From: Dissulfurispiraceae bacterium
GTDB taxonomy: Bacteria; Nitrospirota; Thermodesulfovibrionia; Thermodesulfovibrionales; Dissulfurispiraceae
DNA: 48,175 nucleotides
NCBI GenBank assembly: GCA_035506695.1
Contig: DATJOY010000066.1
Location: 1-48,175 of the forward strand
Direction: 5' to 3'
This document shows positions 17,637-26,379 of this stretch, one piece after another. Below the pieces are notes generated by a model, which did no database searches, had not been told where the DNA came from, and saw only the letters and a program-made list of their open reading frames with translations. Made by a program: the position numbers and the translations under genes. Within the stretch, counting starts at the first letter, position 1. Each line of letters begins with the position of its first letter.

Positions 17637-19304
17637 TCAGCAGTTCTTGTTACCAAAGCTGTTGAGCGCGCTCAGGATGGCCTTGAAGGATGCCCTGTCG
17701 ATATTGGTGTCTATGCCTGCGCCCCAGCGTTGTATGCCCTCGCGTTCTATCCGGATGTAGGCCGCAGCCCTCGAATCAGAACCTTTTTCGATGGCATGCT
17801 CGTAATACGAAAGCAGCGTGAAATCGATTCCCAGGTGCTTGCGTAGTGCGTTACTGAATGCGTCGATAGGGCCGTTTCCCTTTCCTGTGATCGTTGTTAC
17901 AATGCCGTTTGAGCTGATCTCCGAGCTGATATCGACTTCATCTTCTCCTTTTTGTCTGATCTTGCTTTTGCCGAGCGAATATGGTGAGTCAGACTTCATA
18001 TACTCGTCCAGGAATGCTTCCCACAGCACCGAAGGCGTCATCTCTTTGCCTGTCCTGTCAGTAATGGTCTGTATGGCGCGGCCGAATTCCGGCTGCATCT
18101 CCTTCGGCAGCCTGAGGCCGTACTCCTCTTCCATCACATAAGTGACCCCGCCCTTTCCGGACTGGCTGTTGATGCGTATGATCGATTCGTATGTCCGCCC
18201 CACATCAGCCGGATCAATCGGCAGGTAAGGGACCTCCCACAGGCCGGGCCTTTCGCGGAGGGCGTGCATACCCTTGTTGATCGCGTCCTGATGTGACCCG
18301 GAAAAGGCAGTGTAGACAAGCTCTCCCGCATACGGGTGGCGCGCATGCACTGGCATCTTCGTGCAGCGCTCACACACACCTGCGATCTTGTTGATATCGC
18401 TGAAATCGAGCTGTGGATCAATCCCCCGAGAGAACATGTTCAACGCAACTGTTAGTATGTCAACATTTCCGGTGCGCTCTCCGTTCCCGAAGAGGGTGCC
18501 CTCCACGCGGTCCGCTCCAGCCAGCAATGCCAGTTCCGTTGCAGCCACCGCCGTGCCGCGGTCATTGTGTGCATGGACGCTGATAATCACCTTGTCCCGG
18601 TCTTTTATGTTGCCGCAGAACCACTCAACGCGATCCGCGTAAACATTGGGCGTAGACATCTCTACAGTGGCAGGAATATTCAGGATTATCTTCTTGTCGA
18701 CCGAAGGCCGCCATGCATCCATTACCGCCTCGCAAATCTCCAGGGCAAAGTCCTGTTCGGTGCCTGTAAAACTTTCCGGTGAATACTGGAATATTATATC
18801 CGTGCCGTCCATTGCTTCAGCCTGCTCCCGTATAATTTCAGCGCCTCTGACGGCCAGATCTGCAACCTCTTTTCTCCCCATCCCAAACACCACTCTTCGT
18901 TGCAGCTCGGAAGTGGAATTATAGAGATGCACGATGGCGCGCCTGCAGCCCCGGATCGCCTCGAAGCTCTTATTGATCAGGTGCTCGCGGGCCTGGGTCA
19001 AAACCTGTATGGTTACATCTTCAGGGATGAGGTTTTCTTCAATCAGCAGGCGTGTAAAGTCGTATTCTGTCCGGGACGCCGACGGAAACCCAACCTCGAT
19101 CTCCTTGAACCCCATTTCGACGAGCAGATGGAACAGCTCCTTTTTTTCATCGACGCTCATTGGGACAACGAGCGCCTGGTTGCCGTCGCGGAGGTCCACG
19201 CTGCACCAGCGCGGGGCCTCTGAAATCGTCTTTGAAGGCCAGGTCCGGTTCGGCAAATCAACGGCCGGCCAGGGACGATATTTGTGAATCGGCATCTTCT
19301 TCAT
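17637..19304 (-). CDS. leuA: 2-isopropylmalate synthase (long LeuA type)
   Basis: 555 aa with the N-terminus PNRTWPSKTISEAPRWCSVDLRDGNQAL, the HAHNDRGTAVA motif and a C-terminal LeuA dimerisation/regulatory region. Confidence 0.95.
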   Translation of the reverse strand: MKKMPIHKYRPWPAVDLPNRTWPSKTISEAPRWCSVDLRDGNQALVVPMSVDEKKELFHLLVEMGFKEIEVGFPSASRTEYDFTRLLIEENLIPEDVTIQVLTQAREHLINKSFEAIRGCRRAIVHLYNSTSELQRRVVFGMGRKEVADLAVRGAEIIREQAEAMDGTDIIFQYSPESFTGTEQDFALEICEAVMDAWRPSVDKKIILNIPATVEMSTPNVYADRVEWFCGNIKDRDKVIISVHAHNDRGTAVAATELALLAGADRVEGTLFGNGERTGNVDILTVALNMFSRGIDPQLDFSDINKIAGVCERCTKMPVHARHPYAGELVYTAFSGSHQDAINKGMHALRERPGLWEVPYLPIDPADVGRTYESIIRINSQSGKGGVTYVMEEEYGLRLPKEMQPEFGRAIQTITDRTGKEMTPSVLWEAFLDEYMKSDSPYSLGKSKIRQKGEDEVDISSEISSNGIVTTITGKGNGPIDAFSNALRKHLGIDFTLLSYYEHAIEKGSDSRAAAYIRIEREGIQRWGAGIDTNIDRASFKAILSALNSFGNKNC

Positions 19305-19315
19305 TTCGCACCTCC

Positions 19316-19346
19316 AAAAAAAAAGACCACGGGTTGAGCCCGTGGC
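19316..19346 (-). terminator. Intrinsic-terminator-like hairpin directly upstream of the leuA SD (candidate attenuator)
   Basis: The minus strand reads GGCCACGGG-CTCAA-CCCGTGGTC + T8 and then immediately GGAGGTGCGAAATG, which is the leuA SD and start. The stem is 9 bp including one G:U pair. Confidence 0.6.
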
Positions 19347-19475
19347 CTTTCATATAATCTGAGTTGTTATTAATTAACTGCTGCTACGCGGTCGCAATCC
19401 TCCCGGCCAGGGCCATGATATGGCGCACTGCGCTGCTAAGTCGGTTGGCCGAAACGATTATGAAACTCATATATA

Positions 19476-19505
19476 ACTATAGACGAATGGCCGGCAGGAC
19501 GTCAA
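19476..19505 (-). promoter_or_regulatory. Predicted sigma-70 promoter for the leuA leader
   Basis: On the minus strand, TTGACG (19505-19500) is separated by 18 nt from TATAGT (19481-19476). No competing gene lies between it and leuA. Confidence 0.45.
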
Positions 19506-19551
19506 GAGAATTAATAAATGCAGCGCTAAAATGTCGTATAATAAGAATAAT

Positions 19552-19788
19552 ATGAAGTGCACACAATACTTCTTATTCATGAGGGACCGCCCTGATAGAG
19601 CCGCCATCAAAGAGGAATAGATTTTGAAAACTATAAGTAATCCCCTTAAGCAAGAAGTTCAATCGGATGGAAGAATAAGAAAATGGGGTTTTATTGAAGA
19701 GGCGGGTAAATACCTGAGAGTCATTCTTTTAGGGGATGGACAGACTGTTCATAATGCTTTTTTCGACAGAAGTTTTAAGAAGGAGTGA
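19552..19788 (+). pseudogene. Small conserved ORF interrupted by an in-frame amber codon (upstream partner of the DUF2283 gene)
   Basis: My translation is MKCTQYFLFMRDRPDRAAIKEE*ILKTISNPLKQEVQSDGRIRKWGFIEEAGKYLRVILLGDGQTVHNAFFDRSFKKE*. The TAG at 19618-19620 is in frame with both halves. The stop TGA (19786-19788) overlaps the downstream start (GTGATG). Confidence 0.5.
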
Positions 19789-20000
19789 TGGATATGAAAA
19801 TCCGATATTTTGCAGACACTGACACGGCACTGATAGAATTCTCGAACCAGGCAGTAGCAGAGACAAAAGAGATATCGCAAAATCTTTACATCGACCTGGA
19901 CGACAAAGGAAATCTCGTCAGCATGACCGTTGAGCATGCAAAAGACAAGGCCAACATTTCAGAGGTGTCATATCTTCAAATGGATAAAATAGTTGTCTGA
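19785..20000 (+). CDS. DUF2283-family small protein (antitoxin-like)
   Basis: 71 aa. KIRYFADTDTALIEFSNQAVAETKEISQNLYIDLDDKGNLVSMTVEHA matches the pattern I associate with DUF2283 (Y....D.L.I.......E.......D.D..G.....EI..A). Confidence 0.65.
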   Translation: MMDMKIRYFADTDTALIEFSNQAVAETKEISQNLYIDLDDKGNLVSMTVEHAKDKANISEVSYLQMDKIVV

Positions 20001-20039
20001 GAATATCGCTCGGCAGGAATATTCTGTAGCAGCTCTTTA

Positions 20040-21065
20040 ATGCTAAAAACAGACCTAAAGGCCCCTTCACAAAAAGGCATTGAGACATTCGTCATGGACG
20101 CCGGCCTGCCCGCTTTCAGGGCACGCCAGATCATCCACTGGATATACGAACGATATGCGCAATCAGTCGATGATATAACGGAGCTGTCGAAAAAGCTGCG
20201 TCAGGAACTTTCTGAAAGTGCGTATATCAGCAATCTCGAACTCCTCGACAGGCAGACCTCACAGGATGGAACTGAAAAGTTTCTGTTCGAACTCGAAGAC
20301 GGTGAAACTATCGAGAGTGTCCTCATCCCCGATGAAGAGAGGCTGACACTCTGCATATCTTCGCAGGTGGGCTGCGCCATGGGCTGTGTTTTCTGTCTTA
20401 CCGGGAAACTGGGGCTTAAGCGCAACCTCGAGCCTCATGAAATTGTCGATCAGGTAATCTCCGCAAACAGGCTTATCAAGCCGGACCGGATTACGAACAT
20501 CGTGCTGATGGGAATGGGAGAGCCATTGGCCAATTTTGAAAACGTGGTCGAGGCAATCGGCAGGATCACCACTCTTATGAAGATATCGCCGAGAAGGATC
20601 ACCCTTTCGACATCCGGCATCGTCCCGAAGATTATCGAACTCGGCAACATCGGCCTTAAAATCAACCTTGCCGTATCCCTGAATGCTGCGACTGATACTG
20701 TGAGGAGTGCGATCATGCCGGTCAATAAAACGTACCATATCAGGACACTGCTGGATGCATGCCGCAGATTCCCGTTGCCGCCGACGAGAAGGATTACCTT
20801 CGAATATGTGATGCTGAAAGATATCAACGACTCGGCATCCGATGCAAAGCGGCTCGTGAAGCTGCTTCGCGGCATCCCGGCAAAGATCAATCTCATCCCT
20901 TTCAATCCATACAACGGCTGCGAGTATGACCGGCCCGATGATGCAGCCGTGCTCTCGTTTCAGGAAATACTCGCCCAGGCCAATATGACCGTGATTATCA
21001 GGAAGAGCAAGGGACAGGACATATTGGCTGCCTGCGGGCAACTGAAGGCGAGATATCGGGAGTGA
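20040..21065 (+). CDS. rlmN: 23S rRNA/tRNA adenine-C2 methyltransferase, radical SAM
   Basis: 341 aa. It has the radical SAM motif CAMGCVFC (CX3CX2C), the GMGEPLAN motif and a C-terminal AACGQL motif characteristic of RlmN/Cfr. Confidence 0.92.
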   Translation: MLKTDLKAPSQKGIETFVMDAGLPAFRARQIIHWIYERYAQSVDDITELSKKLRQELSESAYISNLELLDRQTSQDGTEKFLFELEDGETIESVLIPDEERLTLCISSQVGCAMGCVFCLTGKLGLKRNLEPHEIVDQVISANRLIKPDRITNIVLMGMGEPLANFENVVEAIGRITTLMKISPRRITLSTSGIVPKIIELGNIGLKINLAVSLNAATDTVRSAIMPVNKTYHIRTLLDACRRFPLPPTRRITFEYVMLKDINDSASDAKRLVKLLRGIPAKINLIPFNPYNGCEYDRPDDAAVLSFQEILAQANMTVIIRKSKGQDILAACGQLKARYRE

Positions 21066-21160
21066 AGAAGTCCCCGCAAATCGCAAATTCAACTGCTGGA
21101 TTCGCGGTTCGTATTACGAACAGCGCACAAATTTAATAAAACCCTTTTTGCTGTGGTAAA

Positions 21161-21808
21161 ATGAACTTTATGATAGCTATCGTAGACTACGGAATGGGCA
21201 ATATCAGGAGCGTCGAGAAGGCATTTCTAAAGGTCGGCGCTGATGTGACGATTACATCGGATGCCGGGACGATAGCTGATGCCAAAGGCATTGTGCTGCC
21301 TGGTGTAGGCGCCTTCAGGGATTGTATGGCGAACCTCGACAAGCTGAACCTCATCGATGTCATCCTTGGAGAGATCAGGAAGGGCAAGCCGTTTCTCGGG
21401 ATATGTCTCGGACTTCAGCTCCTTTTTACCGAATCCGAAGAGTTCGGCGCCTGCAAGGGGCTCGACCTTTTTCCCGGAAAGGTGACGCGATTCAATTTTG
21501 ATTCACTTCCAGGGGCAGGCGAGAAACTGAAAATCCCCCACATGGGCTGGAATACGGCCACTATCGACCGGCGTCCTCCAATCTTCGACGGGGTGCCGGA
21601 CAATTCATATTTCTATTTTGTGCATTCGTTCTATGTAGTCCCGGACGATAAAAGCATCGTTGCAACCAGGACGGAATACGGCGCGGATTTCTGCTCGATG
21701 GTCTGGAAGGACAATGTCTTTGCAACCCAGTTCCACCCTGAAAAAAGCCAGGAGACCGGACTGAAGATCCTGAAGGGATTCAATTCCTTTGTAGCGGGAA
21801 GCAGATAA
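21161..21808 (+). CDS. hisH: Imidazole glycerol phosphate synthase, glutamine amidotransferase subunit
   Basis: It has the IAIVDYGMGNIRSV, GVGAF, GICLGLQLL and QFHPEKS motifs. The true start may be the ATG at 21170. Confidence 0.93.
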   Translation: MNFMIAIVDYGMGNIRSVEKAFLKVGADVTITSDAGTIADAKGIVLPGVGAFRDCMANLDKLNLIDVILGEIRKGKPFLGICLGLQLLFTESEEFGACKGLDLFPGKVTRFNFDSLPGAGEKLKIPHMGWNTATIDRRPPIFDGVPDNSYFYFVHSFYVVPDDKSIVATRTEYGADFCSMVWKDNVFATQFHPEKSQETGLKILKGFNSFVAGSR

Positions 21809-21852
21809 TGGCCGCAGGCAAGTCCGGGCCTTCGCCTCAGGGTAGTGTTTCC

Positions 21853-23742
21853 ATGAAGAGCGTTATTCTCGGCACCGCGGGCCATATCGACCACGGCAAA
21901 AGCTCTCTCGTTAAAGCCCTGACCGGCGTTGATCCCGACCGCCTCAAAGAGGAAAAAGAGCGCGGGATCACCATAGATCTCGGGTTTGCAAATCTCTCAT
22001 ACCCGGAGGACAATCTTACTGTCGGCATCGTCGATGTTCCGGGGCATGAGCGCCTGATCAAGAACATGCTCGCAGGCGCAGGCGGGATCGACATAGTCCT
22101 GCTCGTCATAGCTGCAGATGAAGGGGTGATGCCGCAGAGCCGTGAGCACCTTGCCATCTGCGAACTCCTGAAGATCAAGGCGGGAATAGTTATAATAACG
22201 AAGGCCGACCTTGTTGACGAAGACTGGCTCCAGCTTGTAACCGATGACGTAAGGAATTTCGTAAAGGAGACTTTCCTCGAAGAGGCGGAGATCATTCCGG
22301 TATCATCAAAAAACGGCCTCAACCTGGAACTTCTGAAACAGAAGATCCGAGACCTCGCGGTTTCGGTCAAACCGAAACTGGTTCACGGAATTTTCAGACT
22401 TCCCATCGACAGGGTTTTTACGCTCAAGGGTTTCGGCACTGTTGTAACCGGCACGGCACTTTCAGGAACAATAACTCTTGATAGCCCGGTAGAGATACTG
22501 CCGTCCGGAATAAAGAGCAAGGTCAGGGGGCTTCAAACCCACGGCAGGGGAGTGGATACTGCGTATGCCGGACAGCGGATCGGGCTCAATCTTCAGGGTG
22601 TCGACCGGGAACTTCTCAATAGAGGCGATGTGGTGGTGGTGCCCGACAGGTTTGTGCCGACACAGGCTATAGATGCAAAACTCGAACTGCTCAAAGATGC
22701 ACCTGCAGTCAAGAGCAGGAGCAGGGTGCATTTCTATGCCGGCACTTCCGAGACGATTGCCCGGGTCATTATTTATGGTGCGGACGAGGTTAAGGCCGGC
22801 GAGTCATGCTATTGCCAGTTCAGGCTCGAAGACCCTGTGGTGACACTCTCCGGCGACCGGTATATAATTAGGAGATTTTCTCCGCTCGAAACCATCGGCG
22901 GCGGCGAGATACTAGATCCGCATCCGGTCAGGCGGAAAAAGAAGATGGGCACCGAAGACCTTGAGCTCTTTGAAAAGGGCAACCTTTCAGACAGGATCGA
23001 GACATTAGTGAAAAGGTCCCGTTTTCATGGCTGCAAGGTCCTGCAGATCGAGGGCTGGTTCCATGTGAATCTTCCTGAGATAGCTTCGACGATTGACAGA
23101 CTCGCCGGCAAGGGGGTCCTTATCAGGAGCCATGATACGCTTTTTCACAGGGAGGGCTTTGAGGCATTCAGGAATGACCTGAAAACATTGCTGGAGCGCT
23201 TCCATTCGGAAAACCCGCTGAAAGCCGGCATGCCCAAGGAAGAGCTTAAGGCGCGCCTGAAGAACGAGGGCAGGGGCGAGGACGGGATATTCGAACTCCT
23301 TCCTAAGATCGAAGAAATTGCCCTCGACAAAGACATGGTCAGGCTGAAGAATTTCAGCGTCTCCCTTTCGACGGCAGACAAAGGGGTAAAGGCAAAGATC
23401 ATATCCCTGCTGGACAAGGAAGGTTTCCAGCCGCCATCTAAAGCGGAGCTGGCGCAGGCCCTGTCGGTCAACGAAAAAGAGGCCGGAGACCTGCTCAAAC
23501 TTATGGTCCAGGAAGGCCTGCTTGTAAGGATAAATGACGCCACATACATCTCAAAGGTGCAATATGACCGCATGATAAGTCTTCTCAGGGAATTCACCTC
23601 AAAAAAACCTGAGATGACGGTGGCTGAATTCAGGGATCTGCTTGGGACCACGCGTAAATATGCCCTGCCGTTGCTGGAATATCTCGATTCCAACAAGATA
23701 ACCCTCAGGATTGGGGATATCAGAAAGTTCGTGTTAAAATAA
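21853..23742 (+). CDS. selB: Selenocysteine-specific translation elongation factor
   Basis: The GTPase motifs [21 protein letters not shown] and ITKAD are followed by a long C-terminal winged-helix extension. The start is taken at [11 protein letters not shown]. The ORF also opens at ATG 21808, which overlaps the hisH stop (TAATG). Confidence 0.9.
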   Translation: MKSVILGTAGHIDHGKSSLVKALTGVDPDRLKEEKERGITIDLGFANLSYPEDNLTVGIVDVPGHERLIKNMLAGAGGIDIVLLVIAADEGVMPQSREHLAICELLKIKAGIVIITKADLVDEDWLQLVTDDVRNFVKETFLEEAEIIPVSSKNGLNLELLKQKIRDLAVSVKPKLVHGIFRLPIDRVFTLKGFGTVVTGTALSGTITLDSPVEILPSGIKSKVRGLQTHGRGVDTAYAGQRIGLNLQGVDRELLNRGDVVVVPDRFVPTQAIDAKLELLKDAPAVKSRSRVHFYAGTSETIARVIIYGADEVKAGESCYCQFRLEDPVVTLSGDRYIIRRFSPLETIGGGEILDPHPVRRKKKMGTEDLELFEKGNLSDRIETLVKRSRFHGCKVLQIEGWFHVNLPEIASTIDRLAGKGVLIRSHDTLFHREGFEAFRNDLKTLLERFHSENPLKAGMPKEELKARLKNEGRGEDGIFELLPKIEEIALDKDMVRLKNFSVSLSTADKGVKAKIISLLDKEGFQPPSKAELAQALSVNEKEAGDLLKLMVQEGLLVRINDATYISKVQYDRMISLLREFTSKKPEMTVAEFRDLLGTTRKYALPLLEYLDSNKITLRIGDIRKFVLK

Positions 23743-23745
23743 GCG

Positions 23746-25200
23746 ATGAAGAAAAAAATATTCTGGGTCCCGGCGCTTCTGCTTGCGGGATTTCTTCTTG
23801 GCGGAATAACCTATTATATGATCGGCTCTGCCGGAAGGACCATGTACAGGCCCTTTGCCCCGCGTATACCGGCCCAGATCGAGCAGACGAGCAGGGCTTT
23901 TTCTGAAATCGTCAGGGCCGTATCACCCGCAGTAGTGAACATTTCAAGCACCAAGATTGTCAAGCGGCAGCAGGCGCCCTACGACGAATTTTTTGAAAAT
24001 ATTTATCCCTTCCCGGACGGCAAATCCAAGAAGTTCAAGGAGCAGAGCCTCGGCTCAGGTGTTATCGTTTCAAATGACGGATACATAGTCACGAACAACC
24101 ACGTGGTGGAACAATCCAGTGAGATTAAAGTTACCCTGTATGATAAACGCAGCTTTAAGGCGCGGATAATCGGATCGGACTCCAAAACCGACATCGCAAT
24201 TATCAGGATAGATGCTGAAGACCTTCCGGTCATCCCCTGGGGTGACGCGGAGAAATTGCAGGTGGGCGAATTTGTTCTGGCCATCGGAAATCCCTTCCTG
24301 CTGAACCACACGGTTACTATGGGCATCGTCAGCGCGGTAGGACGGGCGGATGTGGGCATTGCCGATTATGAAGATTTCATACAGACCGATGCGGCCATCA
24401 ACCCCGGGAATTCGGGTGGACCTCTTGTGAACATCAAAGGTGAGCTGATCGGCATTAATACCGCCATCTTCTCGAAGACCGGCGGATATCAGGGCATCGG
24501 CTTTGCGGTGCCGAGCAATATGGTGAAGGCAGTTATGGAGCAGCTCATAAAGACCGGAAAAGTGACGAGGGGCTGGATCGGCGTTACGATACAGGAGCTG
24601 ACGCCCGAGCTGTCCCAGCAATTCGGCCTGAAATATTCCGACGGCGTGTTGGTCAGCGACGTGGCACGCGGAGGCCCGGCACAAAAGGCAGGCGTTATGA
24701 GGGGTGACATTATCACCGAGTACAACGGCAGGAAGGTGCAGGATGTCGGACTGCTGAGGAATGTTGTAGCCCAGAGCAAAGTCGGCGCGCAGGTGCCGGT
24801 CAAGATATTGAGGCGGGACAAGGAGATGACAGTCACCGCGACCGTTGTGGAACTTCCTGCCGAGGGTGCAGAGGCGAAAGCAGGCCAGTCGCAGGGTAGG
24901 GATTCCTTTGAGAATGCACTTGCGGGCGTGCGGGTTATGGACCTCAATTCCGCTGTAGCAAAGCAACTCGGGGTTGAGAGCGAGGAAAAGGGCGTCGTAG
25001 TGGTCAATATTGAATCCGGGGCGCCCGCCGAGGAGGCCGGTCTCAGAAGGGGCGACGTGATAAACGAGATCAACAGGCAGCGCATATCCAACCTGAACGA
25101 TTTCAACAAGATCGTTGCCAAAATAAAACAGGGCGAAAACGTCCTTCTCTTTGTGAACAGGAGCGGCAGAAAATTCTATACAGCCCTTGAACCTCAATAG
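23746..25200 (+). CDS. htrA: Periplasmic serine endoprotease DegP/HtrA family (two PDZ domains)
   Basis: It has an N-terminal membrane anchor, a trypsin-like core (VTNNHVV, DIAIIRI, GNSGGPLVN) and two PDZ-like repeats. Confidence 0.92.
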   Translation: MKKKIFWVPALLLAGFLLGGITYYMIGSAGRTMYRPFAPRIPAQIEQTSRAFSEIVRAVSPAVVNISSTKIVKRQQAPYDEFFENIYPFPDGKSKKFKEQSLGSGVIVSNDGYIVTNNHVVEQSSEIKVTLYDKRSFKARIIGSDSKTDIAIIRIDAEDLPVIPWGDAEKLQVGEFVLAIGNPFLLNHTVTMGIVSAVGRADVGIADYEDFIQTDAAINPGNSGGPLVNIKGELIGINTAIFSKTGGYQGIGFAVPSNMVKAVMEQLIKTGKVTRGWIGVTIQELTPELSQQFGLKYSDGVLVSDVARGGPAQKAGVMRGDIITEYNGRKVQDVGLLRNVVAQSKVGAQVPVKILRRDKEMTVTATVVELPAEGAEAKAGQSQGRDSFENALAGVRVMDLNSAVAKQLGVESEEKGVVVVNIESGAPAEEAGLRRGDVINEINRQRISNLNDFNKIVAKIKQGENVLLFVNRSGRKFYTALEPQ

Positions 25201-25389
25201 ACGTCAAAAAAATAAAAAGTTTTCTGCGGTTGCAATCTTGATATAATAGAAATATCCGCATCCGCTGCCGATGTGAGCAACTGCCGCCGCCTCGTACGGA
25301 TGGAGAAATCAGGACAGAGGAATAAAATATGAATTTGTCGTCCATGGAACTCATACTAATCATTATTCTTACCATCATATTCTCAAGAG

Positions 25390-26379
25390 GTGAAATCATT
25401 GGTATTATTCGTAAGAGCACTATTTATCGTCATCTTTGTACTTGCAGGTTATTTGTACGGGCTGAAGACCGGAGTCCCGGTCCAGGGAGCGGTTTCAGGT
25501 CTCGTCCTGGGCGGCATATTCCTCGTCATCGAATCGAGACTTCATAACGTATCTTTCGGTTCGGTGCTCGGAGGAGTAGTAGGCCTCGGGGTCGGCATTC
25601 TTACATCACAGCTGCTTCTATTCCCGCTCGAGTATCTGATTACCGATGACAGCAGGGGAATTTCGTCTTTCATCCTGAGCGCTGTATTGGGCTATAGCGG
25701 CCTGCTCATCGGTCTCAGCAGGGGCAAGAACATGTCTGTTCCGGCAGTAATGCGTCTTTTTAAGGGACAGGAAGTCGAAGAGGACCTGAAAATCCTCGAT
25801 ACAAGCGTTATTATCGACGGTCGTATTGCCGATGTCATCGAAATCGGTTTCGTAGAAGGCGCCTTTATCATTCCACAATTCATCCTCCAGGAACTCCAGT
25901 ATATTGCGGATTCCCCGGACCCGATGCGGCGGACAAAAGGCAGGAGGGGGCTTGATATCCTTCACCGTATTCAGAAAATGGCTGATATCGAGGTCAGGAT
26001 CGTCGAGGAAGATTTCCCGAAGATCAAAGAGGTGGACGCAAAGCTCATAGCCCTTGCGAGGCTTTTCAACGCCAAGGTAGTTACGAATGATTTCAATTTG
26101 AGCAAAGTGGCCCAAGTTCAGGGGGTGGCGGTGATGAACATCAATGAACTGGCCAACATCCTCAAGCCGGTTGTATTGCCGGGAGAGCCCCTTAATCTTT
26201 TTATTGCCAAGGAAGGCAAGGAACACAACCAGGGGGTGGCATATCTCGACGACGGGACCATGGTGGTGGTCGAAAACGCACGCAAGCTCATCGGGAAGAA
26301 TGTCGACCTGATCGTGACGAGCGTCCTGCAGACAACGGCCGGCAGGATGATTTTCGCCAGAATAAAGGAAGATGAATAG
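25390..26379 (+). CDS. Membrane-anchored PIN + TRAM domain protein (YacL-like)
   Basis: About four N-terminal transmembrane (TM) segments are followed by a PIN region (ILDTSVIIDGRI...VVTNDFNL) and a C-terminal TRAM-like beta region (VDLIVTSVLQTTAGRMIFARI). It sits upstream of ispD/ispF, as yacL does in Bacillus. The start is uncertain (GTG 25390 or TTG 25399). Confidence 0.75.
   Translation: MKSLVLFVRALFIVIFVLAGYLYGLKTGVPVQGAVSGLVLGGIFLVIESRLHNVSFGSVLGGVVGLGVGILTSQLLLFPLEYLITDDSRGISSFILSAVLGYSGLLIGLSRGKNMSVPAVMRLFKGQEVEEDLKILDTSVIIDGRIADVIEIGFVEGAFIIPQFILQELQYIADSPDPMRRTKGRRGLDILHRIQKMADIEVRIVEEDFPKIKEVDAKLIALARLFNAKVVTNDFNLSKVAQVQGVAVMNINELANILKPVVLPGEPLNLFIAKEGKEHNQGVAYLDDGTMVVVENARKLIGKNVDLIVTSVLQTTAGRMIFARIKEDE

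Noticed and set aside
19364-19555. 63-aa TTG-initiated ORF on the + strand in the leuA upstream region
   Set aside because: It has no SD and a non-ATG start, is antisense to the predicted leuA leader, and has no motif. The region is better explained as a leader/attenuator.
21107-21121. 15-bp perfect palindrome GTTCGTATTACGAAC upstream of hisH, and a T11 homopolymer at 28250-28260 in the cheW/trpC divergent region
   Set aside because: These are single isolated occurrences with no second copy or recognisable regulator motif in the window. They could be an operator or an UP-element/slippage tract, but nothing here lets me distinguish that from chance.
24070-25197. Long antisense ORFs opposite real genes. 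This 375-aa ORF lies opposite htrA. Others are 20259-21092 opposite rlmN, 25618-26601 opposite the PIN-TRAM gene, 13870-14649 opposite the acuB-like gene, 10619-11311 and 11795-12463 opposite acs copy 2, and 5217-5819 opposite the DUF294 gene.
   Set aside because: All are in the shadow of confidently identified genes, have low-complexity or Arg/Ser/Pro-skewed composition, lack SD sequences and show no recognisable motifs. These are typical codon-complement artefacts.
25329-25547. 72-aa ORF overlapping the start of the PIN-TRAM gene in another frame (possible frameshift)
   Set aside because: The PIN-TRAM frame already gives a coherent set of N-terminal transmembrane helices from 25390/25399. 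The alternative frame turns into Arg/Pro-rich low-complexity sequence after about 25 residues.
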